From NCBI GenBank assembly GCA_002189035.1, contig NEEC01000011.1, forward strand, positions 2,480,001 through 2,544,000: a DNA stretch of 64,000 bases, read 5' to 3'. Within the stretch, counting starts at the first letter, position 1. Every line of letters starts with the position of its first letter. Shown piece by piece: positions 51,777-64,000 of the stretch. The notes under the pieces were generated by a model, which saw nothing but the letters and a program-made list of their open reading frames with translations, searched no databases and had not been told where the DNA came from. The position numbers were made by a program, and so were the translations under genes. Origin of the DNA: Utricularia gibba. Its lineage: Eukaryota > Plantae > Magnoliophyta.

Positions 51777-53858
51777 ATGGGCCTAAACGGCGGGGAGCTT
51801 TTGGGGCACTTCCGCCGCTACCGGGATCCTGCTCTTGCCGGTGGCGACGCCGCGGGGTTATCTATTAAGGCGCTAACTGGAATAATACTGAACCACGCTC
51901 GTTTTGGTCGCCTATCGAAGGCAGTTTCTATCCTATTTGATTCATCCGCGCCTTTTCATTTTTCTCTGTATGAGCATCTCTTTAGGATTTGTGCGTCGAA
52001 TAGGGCGATAGTGGAGATACGGAAATTGGAATCTAACCTGGTAACTTTTTATCCAGACCCACCGGTGTTCCTTCTTAACCGGGCGATTGAAAGTTATGGG
52101 AAATGCGGATGCTTGGAGGATGCGAAAGAGTTGTTCGATGAAATGCCGAGGAGAAATGTTGGGTCTTGGAATGCTATTATTACCGCGTTTTCGAGAAGAA
52201 TGCATCCTGAAGATGCGATACTTATGTTCGCGAGGATGATTGGGGATGGGGTTTATGCTAAGGAGGTTACGTTTGCGAGTGTTCTTGCTTCTTGCGGTGA
52301 TGTTTTGGAGCTTTGGCTTTCCAGGCAGGTCCATGGACTTATTTTGAAGTATGGGTTCGTGGGTAATGTAATACTGGAGAGTTCGATAGTCGACGTGTAT
52401 GGTAAGTGCGGCGCAATGGATGATGCAAGGAAGATGTTCGACAATATCGAGAATCCTAATGCTGTTTCCTGGAATGTGATAGTGAGGAGGTATCTGGAAG
52501 CTGGAGAGGGAAAAGAGGCAGTGACCATGTTTTCTAAAATGATAGGCATGAAAGCTAGGCCAATGAATTTCACTGTCTCCAACGCTATTGTTGCTTGTTC
52601 GAGTTTTGGTGGTCTTGAAGAAGCTATTCAATTACACGCGTTCGGAATTAAGACGGATGCGGTGGAGGATGAAGTTGTCTCAAGTACTCTACTTGGTATG
52701 TATGCCAAATGTGGTGACCTGGAAAGTGCAAGAAGGCTTTTTGAGTTGCCATGTACTAAGGATGTTGTAGCATATACTTCTATGGTCTCTGCGTATGCAA
52801 TGAGCGGGAAAATTTCTGAAGCCCGAGAACTATTTGATGAGATGCCAGAGAGAAATATTGTGTCTTGGAATGTGATGTTGGCAGGTTATACACGACTGGA
52901 AAAATGGGATAGAGCTTTAGAATTGGTAATTCAAATGCGAAATAGAATTCAAGAGGTCAATTACTACACACTTTGTTTGATTCTCAAAATATGTGCTGCA
53001 ACACCCGATGTTGAATTGGGTAAGCAGGTTCATGGATATGCTTACAGGCATGGCTTTCACTCCAATATTTTTGTCTGCAACGCTCTCCTTGACATGTATG
53101 GCAAGTGTGGTACCTTGAATAGGGCCAGAACATGGTTTTATGAGATAAGCAATTTCCGCAATAGCATTTCCTGGAATGCATTGTTGACGAGCTTTTCTCG
53201 TCATGGGTTCAGCGAAGCAACCATGATGACCTTCCCTAAGATGCTGGGAGAGACCACCCCCAGCAGATATACATTTGCAACCCTGTTAGTTGCTTGTGCA
53301 ACTTTATCTGCCTTGGAAATGGGCAAGCAGATCCATGCGTATATGGTCAGAAAGTGTTACGATTTCGACATTGTGCTCACAGGAGCCTTGGTCGACATGT
53401 ACTCTAAATGTCACTGCATTGATTATGCTATCAAGGTTTTCATTCCATCCCCATCGAAAGATGTTGTCCTCTTCAACTCAATGATCATGGGGTGCGCCTA
53501 TAACAGAATGGGGGAAAAAGTCTTCAGACTCTTCGAGTGCATGAAGGAAGAAGGCATCACCCCAGATCACGTCACCTTCTTGGGTGTTCTTCGGGGCTGT
53601 GTTTCAGAGGGAGAAGTTGAACTGGGGAGGAAGTATTTTGAACTAATGTGCAGTGATGAATACCATTTGATCCCTTGGTTGGAGCACTACAGTCTGATGA
53701 TCGAACTTTTTGGTTTGCATGGCTTCATGGAAGATCTTGCATTTCTTCTCAAGACCATGCCCTTTCAGCCATCTGCGAAGTCCATGTCCAAAGTCTTCGA
53801 CTTTCGCAGAAAGCATAAACGGTATGAACTTGGAGAATGGATTGCAGCAAGCCAATGA
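51777..53858 (+). CDS. Intronless PLS-class pentatricopeptide repeat protein, At3g26540-like
   Basis: 693-aa ORF with repeated PLS motifs (LFDEMPRRNVGSWNAII, SSIVDVYGKCG, NALLDMYGKCG). Confidence 0.92.
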   Translation: MGLNGGELLGHFRRYRDPALAGGDAAGLSIKALTGIILNHARFGRLSKAVSILFDSSAPFHFSLYEHLFRICASNRAIVEIRKLESNLVTFYPDPPVFLLNRAIESYGKCGCLEDAKELFDEMPRRNVGSWNAIITAFSRRMHPEDAILMFARMIGDGVYAKEVTFASVLASCGDVLELWLSRQVHGLILKYGFVGNVILESSIVDVYGKCGAMDDARKMFDNIENPNAVSWNVIVRRYLEAGEGKEAVTMFSKMIGMKARPMNFTVSNAIVACSSFGGLEEAIQLHAFGIKTDAVEDEVVSSTLLGMYAKCGDLESARRLFELPCTKDVVAYTSMVSAYAMSGKISEARELFDEMPERNIVSWNVMLAGYTRLEKWDRALELVIQMRNRIQEVNYYTLCLILKICAATPDVELGKQVHGYAYRHGFHSNIFVCNALLDMYGKCGTLNRARTWFYEISNFRNSISWNALLTSFSRHGFSEATMMTFPKMLGETTPSRYTFATLLVACATLSALEMGKQIHAYMVRKCYDFDIVLTGALVDMYSKCHCIDYAIKVFIPSPSKDVVLFNSMIMGCAYNRMGEKVFRLFECMKEEGITPDHVTFLGVLRGCVSEGEVELGRKYFELMCSDEYHLIPWLEHYSLMIELFGLHGFMEDLAFLLKTMPFQPSAKSMSKVFDFRRKHKRYELGEWIAASQ

Positions 53859-54482
53859 CAACAACATTGAAACAAACCTGCTCCTACAGTGGATCGATCG
53901 GACCATCAACAAGCGGAAGTTGATCGACGAACATCGGAAGAAATCGACAGTGTCCCGAGGAAGAAGATGGAAAACTAACTACACCGTTCGACCGAGGAGG
54001 AGAAACTGAATGATGGCTGATCAAAGCGCCATCTCCGTACGTTCAAATACTGGAACTTTTTTTTTTTCAAAAAAAAAAGAGGATACCTAAAACGCTTTTA
54101 TAGCGAATTCTATTATGAGCATTTTAAATGTTGGCAGTTGGGGGGATAAATGCAAATATATAAAAAATCCTCCTTTTTTCATGATTGTCAACGGTGGAGG
54201 TGGATCTGTACGGCTACTGTCTTGTATAAAGAGTCGATTTTCCGCATCTTGCCGACTGTCCCATTTCCACTTGGAGCTCTTTCATTCCTTTCCCCCCGCA
54301 TCGTGTCTCGTTTCGCTGTTCTTCTGGAATCCACAGCTTTTTTCAGGTATGTGCCTTTTCAAGCGTATTTTCTCCAATGGTTGAAAGCTTGTCATGTTTG
54401 CAATTTGCGGGTCTTGATTTGATGTGATGGTTGTGTACCGTGATCTGGGTTGTGATCTGAAGCCCTATCGTAGTGGCAAGTG

Positions 54483-57140
54483 ATGGCGCAGATCTTGCTT
54501 CATGGAACTCTTCATGCTACGATCTACGAAGTGGATCGCCTGCACTCTGGCGAAGGTGGTAATATATTCAGCAAGGTATAATTTTTAGATGAAGATTAGA
54601 TCGGCTCATGTTCTTGGTTTCGATGTATTGCTATGTTGTGTGCTGTGATTTCATTCTTTTTTCACCTGGAGCTTTTCTTTTTTTTTCTTTTTTTTTTGTG
54701 GGTATCATCCATGATGCTTCTCGGAAATGTTGCAGCTCAGAGAGAACTTTGAGGAAGCAGTTGGGTTTGGCAAGGGAACTTCCAGAATATATGCAACTGT
54801 TGATCTGGGAGAGGCCAGAGTCGGGAGAACGAGAATCCTCGAAAATGAACCTGAAAACCCGAGGTGGTCTGAATCTTTCCATATTTATTGTGCACACCTT
54901 GCCTCCGATGTGATATTCACTGTCAAAGATGATAATCCCATTGGAGCCACCGTAATTGGGAGAGCTTACGTTCCAGTTTCTGAACTCTTGGAAGGTGAAG
55001 AAGTGGATAGGTGGGTTGAGATATTGGACGAAAACAAGAACCCAATTCATGAAGGATCTAAGATTCATGTGAAACTTCAGTTTTTTGACGTCACCAGGGA
55101 CCGGAACTGGGCTCGTGGAATTAAAAGTGCTAGGTACCCTGGTGTTCCTTACACGTTCTATTCTCAGAGAACTGGTTGCCGAGTCTCGCTTTACCAAGAT
55201 GCGCATGTTCCTGATAAGTTTATTCCGAGGATACCCTTAACTGGTGGGCAGTACTATGAACCTCACAGGTGCTGGGAAGATATTTTTGATGCAATCACGA
55301 ATGCAAAGCACTTTATTTACATCACAGGTTGGTCAGTCTACACTGAGATCAGCTTGATTCGGGACAAGCGTAGGCAGAGGCCTGGAGGTGATGCCACCAT
55401 TGGCGAGCTGCTAAAGAAGAGAGCTAGTGAGGGTGTTCGAGTTCTTATGCTTGTTTGGGATGACAGAACTTCAGTTGGATTACTGAAGAGGGATGGCCTG
55501 ATGGCCACCCATGATGAGGAGACTGAGCAATACTTTAGGGACACAGACGTTCACTGTGTCTTGTGCCCTCGAAATCCAGATGATGGAGGGAGCTTTGTTC
55601 AAGACTTGCAGATTTCCACTATGTTCACTCACCACCAAAAGATTGTAGTTGCAGACAGCGGTTTTCCCAACGGGGAATCAGACAGGAGGAGAGTTGTGAG
55701 TTTTGTGGGAGGTATTGATCTCTGTGATGGAAGATACGATACTCAGTTCCATTCTCTTTTCCGGACACTAGACTCTGCTCATCACGATGACTTCCACCAG
55801 CCCAATTACACCGGAGCTTCAATCTCCAAAGGTGGACCTCGGGAGCCGTGGCATGACATCCATTCCCGGCTCGAAGGACCGATCGCCTGGGATGTCCTCT
55901 TCAACTTCGAGCAGCGATGGAGGAAGCAAGGTGGTAAGGATTTGCTGGTCAACTTGAGGGAACTTGATGACATTATTCCCCCATCTTCTGTCGTATACCC
56001 TGATGACCAGGAGACCTGGAATGTCCAGTTATTCCGATCAATCGATGGAGGGGCAGCCTTTGGCTTCCCTGAGTCGCCTGAGGAGGCTGCCGGAGCCGGA
56101 CTTGTCAGCGGCAAGGACAACATTGTAGATAGAAGCATTCAGGATGCCTATATTCATGCTATCCGCCGTGCCAAGAATTTCATTTACATTGAGAATCAAT
56201 ACTTCCTGGGAAGCTCCTTTGCCTGGAACAGCAGTGACATCAAAGCTGAGGACATAGGAGCTCTACACGTTATTCCCAAGGAACTCTCCCTGAAGATTGT
56301 GAGCAAGATCGAGGCCCGGGAAAGGTTCACTGTGTATGTTGTGGTACCTATGTGGCCTGAAGGCATCCCTGAGAGTGCCTCCGTTCAGGCTATACTGGAT
56401 TGGCAGAGGAGGACGATGGAAATGATGTACAAAGATGTCATCCAGGCACTTCAAGCTCAGGGTATTGAAGAGGATCCCAGAAACTACCTCACCTTCTTCT
56501 GCCTTGGGAACAGAGAAGTGAAGAAAAGCGGGGAGTACATGCCTTCTGAGACACCAGAACCTGACTCCGGCTACGAAAAAGCTCAGGCGGCCCGCCGGTT
56601 CATGATCTACGTCCACGCCAAGATGATGATCGGTAAATCCCTCTCAACACCAGAAATGTTGTTCAGTAACAACACAACACCACCATGTGCGTTTCTGTTG
56701 CAGTTGACGATGAATACATCATAGTGGGATCAGCCAACATCAACCAAAGATCAATGGATGGAGCCAGAGACTCCGAGATCGCCATGGGAGGCTACCAGCC
56801 CCATCACCTGTCGCTGCAGCGGCAGCCCGCCAGGGGCCAGGTGCATGGCTTCAGAATGGCGTTGTGGTATGAACACCTGGGCATGCTGGACAACACATTC
56901 CTCCATCCTGAGAGCGAGGAGTGTGTCCGGAAAGTGAACGACGTGGCGGACAAGTACTGGCACCTGTACGCAGGTGAAGAGCTGGAGCGAGACCTCCCGG
57001 GCCACCTGCTCCGATACCCGATCGCCGTTTCCAGCGAGGGCACCGTGACTGAGTTGCCCGGAACCGAGTTCTTCCCGGACACCAAAGCTCGGATTCTGGG
57101 CACCAAATCCGACTACCTCCCGCCAATCCTCACAACATAG
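54483..57140 (+). CDS. PLDalpha1: Phospholipase D alpha (C2 domain plus two HKD motifs)
   Basis: [18 protein letters not shown]; exons 54483-54575, 54736-56632, 56704-57140; HQKIVVAD and HAKMMIVDD motifs; ends LPPILTT; 5'UTR intron donor at ~54348. Confidence 0.97.
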
Positions 57141-58443
57141 GATGATTGCTGACTCGCTCCATCGTCACTGGTGCTGCTTTCCCGTTCCAGTCTTTCTGCC
57201 ATGAACGAGGACGACACTCCAACCTCCGAGATCAATTTCATTGGCAAATAATAATAATGTCGCAATCTAGGCAAAGAACACCCACTGTTCACAATCATTT
57301 GAAACCGTTTCAGATATGCCGGTAAACAGCGGCTTGTCGACCACGGTTTTTGTTTCCTGTGTTCGACAAAGACGCCGCCATGTCTGATTGGCGCTTCACA
57401 GCAATGACCCCCCGATGGAGACGTGATTTTTTTTAAAACCCACTAATCTAATATTTTTTTAATTTTTTATGGTAAAAAAATTACGTCTATATCTTTTTAA
57501 TTATTAAACATATTTATATTCATATTTTTAATTATTATTAACTCATAAATTATACTATATTTAGTGATTTTGATGACGAATGTTCTATCACTTGATATTT
57601 CTTTAATTATAAATAATCCAGAATACAATATATGAAATCATGTTCATAACCATTTCATCTTTGAGAAGACTTAATCAATGTTCTGTAAAATTTTTGAAAA
57701 TTATTTTAGAAAAATAGAAATAAGAATTAAAATTAACTAATTACTTATTTTTTAAAAAATAATTTTTGTAGTATAAATTTAAAAGTATTTATGATATAAT
57801 TATTTTTATAATTAAAATTATTTTAAAATTTATAAAAAAAAATTAGAACACGGTTTAATAAAATATGATCATATATATTTTAAAAAAGGGTCAAGTTTTT
57901 TGTACGCATCATAAAGTGGCACACATCATAAAAGGTAATCAGATTTCTAATACATTCCTCAAATCACATTCCGACGCCGTATGCTCCAGACAATTCCGGA
58001 GTGTTGGCAAGTGGGGAAATTGTAATAAATATGGGGCCAAATTGCAAATAGAACAACCAAGAACAATAATAACGCCAACGAGCCGATTAACGGCGACGTA
58101 ACGTGTGTCGTAAGTCTGCCCGTTAAGGTTAACGGCAAACCTAAAACAAACAACACACAAGTGTCCGAAGGGATGGGGGCTACTGGGCCTCACGTACGCC
58201 ATTTGAATTTATTATGTTTTTTTTAAGAAAACAAATTGGGAAATTTTGGAAATGGAAACCTAACGCCATCCTTGTCATCATGTGCGCGCTCCCGCAGCTT
58301 CTCCTGATTTGTGCTTTTCTAAAAAAGAAATAAATTATAATTTATATAAGAAAAGAAAAGTTGGTTGTCTGCAATTGCAAATTCGTACTTGTGTTGACCT
58401 GAGGGGCAATCTTTTCTCCCCCGCCCTGAAGCTCGATTCTCTC

Positions 58444-58945
58444 ATGGCGTCGCTTATGACTTATCAAGGTATCGTGTTCGCGATGGCGATCTCCGCCGGA
58501 TCCCTAATTCTCTTCGATCTCTTCAAGGACCGGAACCGGTTCCTGTCAGAGGATCCTCTACCTGCGCTCAAATCGTGTCTATCGTCGTCTTCTTCTTCTT
58601 CTTCTTCAGGTAAGTTTTTTTAAAGAAAGAGCGCAATTCGCGTGATTTATTCGCCTTTCGTCGGGATTACGAAATCGGTGAAAAACTGCAGGATCGGGAT
58701 GCGGCGGTGGTGGTAACAAGAAGAAGAAGAAGGTGAAATTCGCGGAAGATGTGAGGGAATCGCGTGGTGATGGAGAGGCCTACAGGCGGAGAAGGCGGAG
58801 GAACCAAGGTCCAGGTGATGGTTACGGCGAAGAGGATGCGGAGTTGTCGAAGAAGGAAATAATGCCGGCGAATCATATGGCACTCTACAGCGGAATTCTG
58901 AGAGATCGGTTCCAATTTCACCGGAGAAGTCAGTTTTCCTACTAA
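58444..58945 (+). CDS. Small uncharacterised plant protein, At1g52565/At3g15760-like, with N-terminal hydrophobic anchor
   Basis: Exons 58444-58609 and 58691-58945; QGIVFAMA.SAG.LILFDL, LKSCLS, KKKKVKFAEDV and MPANHMALYSGILRDR motifs. Confidence 0.8.
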
Positions 58946-60305
58946 CCCTCCGGATTCCCTGATTCCCCTCCTCCGCCTTGTAAAATGTAAATGAAGCCAC
59001 CCATTCCTGTCCTCTTCCCTCCCCCGCCCCGGTAACTCATTTTTTTCTCGTGTAAAGAAAGTCTTGTAATTGGCATGTGGACCCCTCCTTTTCAATTAAT
59101 TATATCAAGGGCCAGGGGGCCAGCTCCGCAATTTGCAGACTAGTCCTCGCATCTAGAACATAGCAGAATTTTCATCTCCAACTAACTATTTCGTGCTCAC
59201 CACACCTCACGTGCAATCACGTGACCTTGTTTTGATTAGTTTTAATAAATTGAAAACCGAGAAATTCAAAATATTTTATAATAAATGCTTCTTAAATAAT
59301 ATTCCAACACAATCAAATAAATTCTAAGATTCTACTTGATAGAATTTATATTTTTTAAAAAAATACTTTAAAACATAAACTTAATAATGATATTTCATAT
59401 TTATTATAGATAGATGAAGTGATATAATTAAATAGAAAAATATTTATAATTTTATGCAAGGTCTTTTATCAGAGATTACAATATATAAAATCATAAGAAT
59501 TAAATATCCAAAATGAAAAATATCGAAGATACCTACCTAAGTTGCACCAACTACTAAGAGCTCAAAAATGCCCTAGGGTTTGAGTGATTTATGTTTCAAA
59601 ATTTATAAACGTAAACTTTTATTTTTTAGAAATACTTATCAAAAAATATTTTTGGAATATAGAGAATGATTGGTCATGGAATGAGTGAGAATGAACTAGA
59701 GAAATGGGCCATTTGAGTGGGCTTCAGACAACATGGGCCTGGAGTTGTACTTGCCCACTGTAATCGCGGTTGTCGCATCAATTATATGTCCGTAAATAGA
59801 AACACATTAAAATGGTTTATTTAGTAACTCCCAACAATTGCAAAATGCACGTAGCCCATTTCTTAATGTACGTTTGAGTGTCAATTTATTAATAAATAAT
59901 ATAAATAAACAAATAAATAGAGAGCCGTGAATTCATGTACATGATAAGGAAGAGGAGATGGTGCTGGTCTCCGAGAAGGTGTCCTGATCAGCTGGGGGGC
60001 GTGCTCTGTGACCCGTTCGTTTTGTCTCCTTCCTTGAATGGATTCGCATGATAATTCATTCACAGAGGTCGCAATGCCCTTTCGATTAATTGCAATGGCG
60101 GAATTTGGGGGTGTGGGGCGTGTGGCCCCCGCCGCCGATCTGAGAACGGTGCTGAACGCCGCCACCTGTTGCGTCTTCACGTGTACGTCGGTCATAAATT
60201 TAATCCCTTGTCGCTTCCACCGTACCCCATCTTGTATATGTGATGCCATTCTTCGGCAGGGCAGTCTGTTTTGAGGTGTGATAAGCGGAAGACAAGAAAG
60301 GAATA

Positions 60306-61307
60306 ATGCTGCTGAGGAGCTCTTCGACTCCGATTTTGGATTCATGGATTTCGGGTTCGAATGCCGGATCAGAATCCTCGCCGGAGCCGGATAGGATAGC
60401 CCAGTTGCAGAGAACGCGTTCTTTTTGTCTCTCGATGTCGTGCGAGGAGACCCGGAGGGTTGTGCTGTCTCCGGGAGTGGTTTCCGATTCAGATCTCAGA
60501 GACCCGTGGAGGAGGAAGAAGAGCTTATGGGAAATCAAGGAGAATACCAACGAGGATCTGGAGATTGAGTCCCTTTTGCTGTGCAGGGTGTCGGAGACTC
60601 TTGTCGGCGGAGGCGGCGCAGGGAAGGGCACTGGCGGTGGATGCGGCGGCGGAGGAGGAGGAAGCTGGGGTGATGGGCTCGATTCCGACCCACGAGATCG
60701 CCGTGAGGACATGGATGCTTACTACGAAATGATGGTCCAAGCGAATCCAGAAAACTCCCTCGTCCTTTCCAATTATGCAAGATTCCTGAAAGAGGTACCT
60801 GCTTTCTTCATCTCTCTTGCAATTCCCCAACTTACCCTGACACAAAACAATGCAAATATGAACGATGTTGATGACCAAATCAGGTGAAAGGCAACTATGT
60901 AAAAGCAGAGGAGTACTGCGGGAGAGCAATTCTGGCTAATCCAAGCGATGGAACTGCTCTATCACTGTACGCTGATCTGATATGGGAAACTCACGGAGAT
61001 GCAGCCAGAGCCGAGCTTTACTTTGACCAAGCTGTGAAAACTGATCCCAATGACTGGTACACATTACAATCTCCATGATTAGTCACTTTTTTTGTTCCTA
61101 AAAGCAACACAAGTAGCTGCCCTTCAGATCCATCCACACAGATCTGCCTTCTTACTTCAATCCGCTTCTTGCAGCTTCGTGTTGGCTTCATATGCGCGAT
61201 TCCTGTGGGATGCTGAGGAGGAGGATGAAGAAGAGATGAACAGAACTGAAACACCCACCAGTCACGATGACCGCCACAGGCTGCTCCCAGTTGCTGCAGC
61301 CACTTGA
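60306..61307 (+). CDS. TPR-like protein (At1g80130/At4g32340-like), 3 exons
   Basis: MLLRSSSTPILDSW, Gly-rich linker, YYEMMVQANPENSLVLSNYARFLKE, AEEYCGRAILANP, YVLASYARFLWDAEEE-like; exons 60306-60794, 60884-61056, 61175-61307. Confidence 0.88.
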
Positions 61308-62427
61308 TCTAATCTCCATAGCTTGTGTTGTTTCAGAAGCCCCTTGTGATGTGAAAACTAATGACAAAGAAAATCGTGCAAAAGGGTTTCGTACTAATAA
61401 AAAGTAGGGCCAGGAGAATGCCTTTTGCTCCCTCTGGAACCGAACCATAATCTGATTCCCTGCTGTACAAAGAACTGGTAGCCATGGAAGCAAAATGAGC
61501 GAGGATCTTTCATGTTTTAGTTTGCTGTTTCCCGACCCGACCCGACCCGATAGTGTTGGGCCGTTGGACTAACTCAACAGTTTCAGCCCAATAATAGTTT
61601 ATTGGGCCGTCGCATAAACCGATTCAGTCGGTTTTGTTTCAATTTATAAAAAAAGGAGCAGCCACTAATAAGGTTGGATGTGACCTGTTACCGGTATTGC
61701 CGGTAGTGCCTTTATGTGAAATACATAATTGGAATTATTCAATTTATTATAGAAATAATATTAAAAATAAAAATAATTATTTAATATTTTTTTAAAAAAA
61801 TTGAATTAAATCCCCAAAAAGCCATGGTTCGAATTGAATCCGAATTAAAACAAGGGCTGAGATTAGAGTATAGTTTATTCATATTAGAAAATAATTAATT
61901 AATTTATGAGCGTGGTGTGAGAGGGTGGGCGCCACCGGCACCGGCACCACACCTGTCCGGATGAATTCTGCCCGCCCTTGAATCATTCCCGGTGGACCGC
62001 AAAGAAAGCAGGCGTAATCACACGAAGGAATTTGTGGACCGCAATTGAATCTGGAGAGCGAAGCTTGGTCATGAGTCAGCTTCAAGGAGTACAGTGGAAA
62101 AGGTGGAGGTTGCAGGCGCAGGGGTCTATTTAACGCAGGTCAAGTGTCAAACGAGCATTTAGAGGGAAGATGGGTAGTGGACCCATGGGAGCTGAAAATT
62201 TCAAATGCGGCTGAAGAAGAAGGTAGGCAGTTTTATACTCATTACTGGTACGCAAGGGACTCGATGAAAAATCTTAAGTTACTGCATGTTCTTTGTCTTC
62301 TTCTCTCCGGGTCCCTGAATTCTGGGGTTTGAAAAAGGGAAGGCCGTTGCTGAAAGGAAATGGTTCTGAAGCGAGTAGAGGGTACCTTTAGCTGAAAGAT
62401 TGGATTTCGAGAAGTGGGTTAAAGACT

Positions 62428-64000
62428 ATGGGTTTTCGCTCAGCCTTTTGCTGTCTTGTTAAATCGGATCGGTACGTGCTTTCGCGATGCTTATTTGGTG
62501 AATTTGGATTTGAAACGGAGAAACACAAGTGGGATCGGAAGTTTACTTTAAACGAACATTGGATGCTTCCTGGTTGCATCTTGCTTTATTCTGAAATTTC
62601 ATAGTTGTTTGATTGAAGTGATTGTTTTTGATTCGCTTATTCAATTATCTGGAGATGGAAGAAAATATTGGAGCATGATCACTGCTGTTTGTGAAGTTAT
62701 CTCCAAATCTTAGTCAATCGTAAGAACTGGGTGCAGGAAAAACCGTGGAACGAAGGAGCCTTCTTGGAGGATTTTTTCTTTAAAAGAATTGCAGCTAGCC
62801 ACAAATAACTTCAACTATGATAACAAGCTTGGCGAAGGTGGATTTGGCAGTGTTTATTGGGGTCAGCTATGGGATGGATCTCAAGTAAGATGATTATCTA
62901 ACACATCAAAATTTTACAGACAACATTAGCATTCGTTTGTCCGATTTCCAAATGGTAACACGTGATTTAGCGAATACATGAGGTTATTAAGCTGAGTGAC
63001 ACATTTCACTGCTGTTCTGCCATCATCATATGTTCCCCTTTGAAGAATTGCTTTTGATAGAAAATCGTCCCTGTTTTCATTTCTTCTACAGATAGCTGTG
63101 AAAAGGTTGAAGTCATGGAGTAGCAAGGCTGAGACAGAGTTCTCCGTGGAAATTGAGGTTCTTGCACATGTACGACACAAGAATTTGCTTACTCTGCGTG
63201 GTTATTGTGCAGAAGGACAGGAACGCCTGATAGTTTATGATTACATGGCAAATCTGAGCTTGCAATCCCACCTTCACGGGCAGCATTCTGATGAATGCCA
63301 TCTTGATTGGGGCAGACGAATGAACATTGCTATTGGTGCTGCAGAAGGAATTGCGTAAGTACTCATTGTGAGTTTAGTTGTTGCTGCGGAATCCGGAGTT
63401 ATTCACATAACCATGTATTGGTTGGTTTATACAGCTACCTGCATCATTCTGCAACTCCACACATAATCCACCGGGACGTCAAAGCAAGCAATGTATTGCT
63501 AGACAGCGATTTTCATGCTAAAGTTTCAGACTTTGGTTTCGCCAAGTTTATACCTGATGGAGCAACACATGTGACAACCCGAGTAAAGGGAACACTTGGC
63601 TACCTTGCTCCAGAGTATGCAATGCTAGGAAAGGCCTCCGAGAACTGTGATGTTTACAGTTTTGGAATTCTTTTGCTGGAGCTGGCTACTGGAAGGAAGC
63701 CACTGGAGAGGCAAGATGGGACAATAAAACGAGCAATCACTGACTGGGCCCTGCCTTTGGCCTGTGAAAGGAAATTTAAGGAACTTGCAGATCAAAAGCT
63801 CAATGGAAAATTTGTCGAAGAAGAGCTTAAAAGGGTCGTCTTCCTTGGCCTTGTCTGTTCACAAACTCAACCTGAAAAGAGGCCAACTATGCTTGAAGTG
63901 TTGGAACTTCTGAAAGGTAACAAGGAGAAGTGCGCTGCTCTCGAAAACCATGAAATATTTAAAATGCCAAAAGAAAGCTCTGAGCTTGAATCTGATGCGA
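62428..64000 (+). CDS. PTI1-like receptor-like cytoplasmic kinase (At3g15890-like), 3' end outside the window
   Basis: [15 protein letters not shown] (possible acylation), [40 protein letters not shown]. Confidence 0.92.

Noticed and set aside
53710-54009. Overlapping ORF suggesting a frameshifted PPR C-terminus (E/DYW)
   Set aside because: No E or DYW motifs; At3g26540-type proteins end at about this length as I recall.
58085-58140. Three AACGG cores as MSA (G2/M) elements
   Set aside because: Flanks do not fit the YCYAACGGYY consensus.

Overview
Gene-dense eudicot nuclear DNA: 21 protein-coding genes, one microRNA gene and one pseudogene relic in 64 kb (about one gene per 3 kb, many introns of 59-90 nt). 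In order: DUF639 protein (-), At1g58110-like bZIP (+), polygalacturonase copy 1 (-), NAB/KIP1 coiled-coil CIP1-like (-), MIR408 (+) with an 11-fold GTAC copper-response promoter, polygalacturonase copy 2 (+), PIN5-type auxin carrier (+), CML (-), IBH1-like bHLH (-), PER48-like peroxidase (-, frameshifted as given), three tandem purine permeases (+), METTL22-like (+), coatomer beta-prime (+), glyoxalase I-like relic (-), DCC thiol oxidoreductase (+), SHINE/WIN ERF (-), PLS-type PPR (+), PLD alpha (+), small At1g52565-like protein (+), TPR-like protein (+), and a PTI1-like kinase cut by the window end. The most striking structure is a local rearrangement. A ~3.8-4.0 kb block (7922-11753) is copied in inverted orientation (19173-23178) exactly between two copies of a ~420-460 bp direct repeat. 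The derived polygalacturonase copy has lost one 84-nt intron precisely, and identity between the arms is strongly patchy. No CRISPR, rRNA, tRNA or autonomous transposon was recognised. Family names come from remembered motifs, not database searches, and splice coordinates were read by eye.
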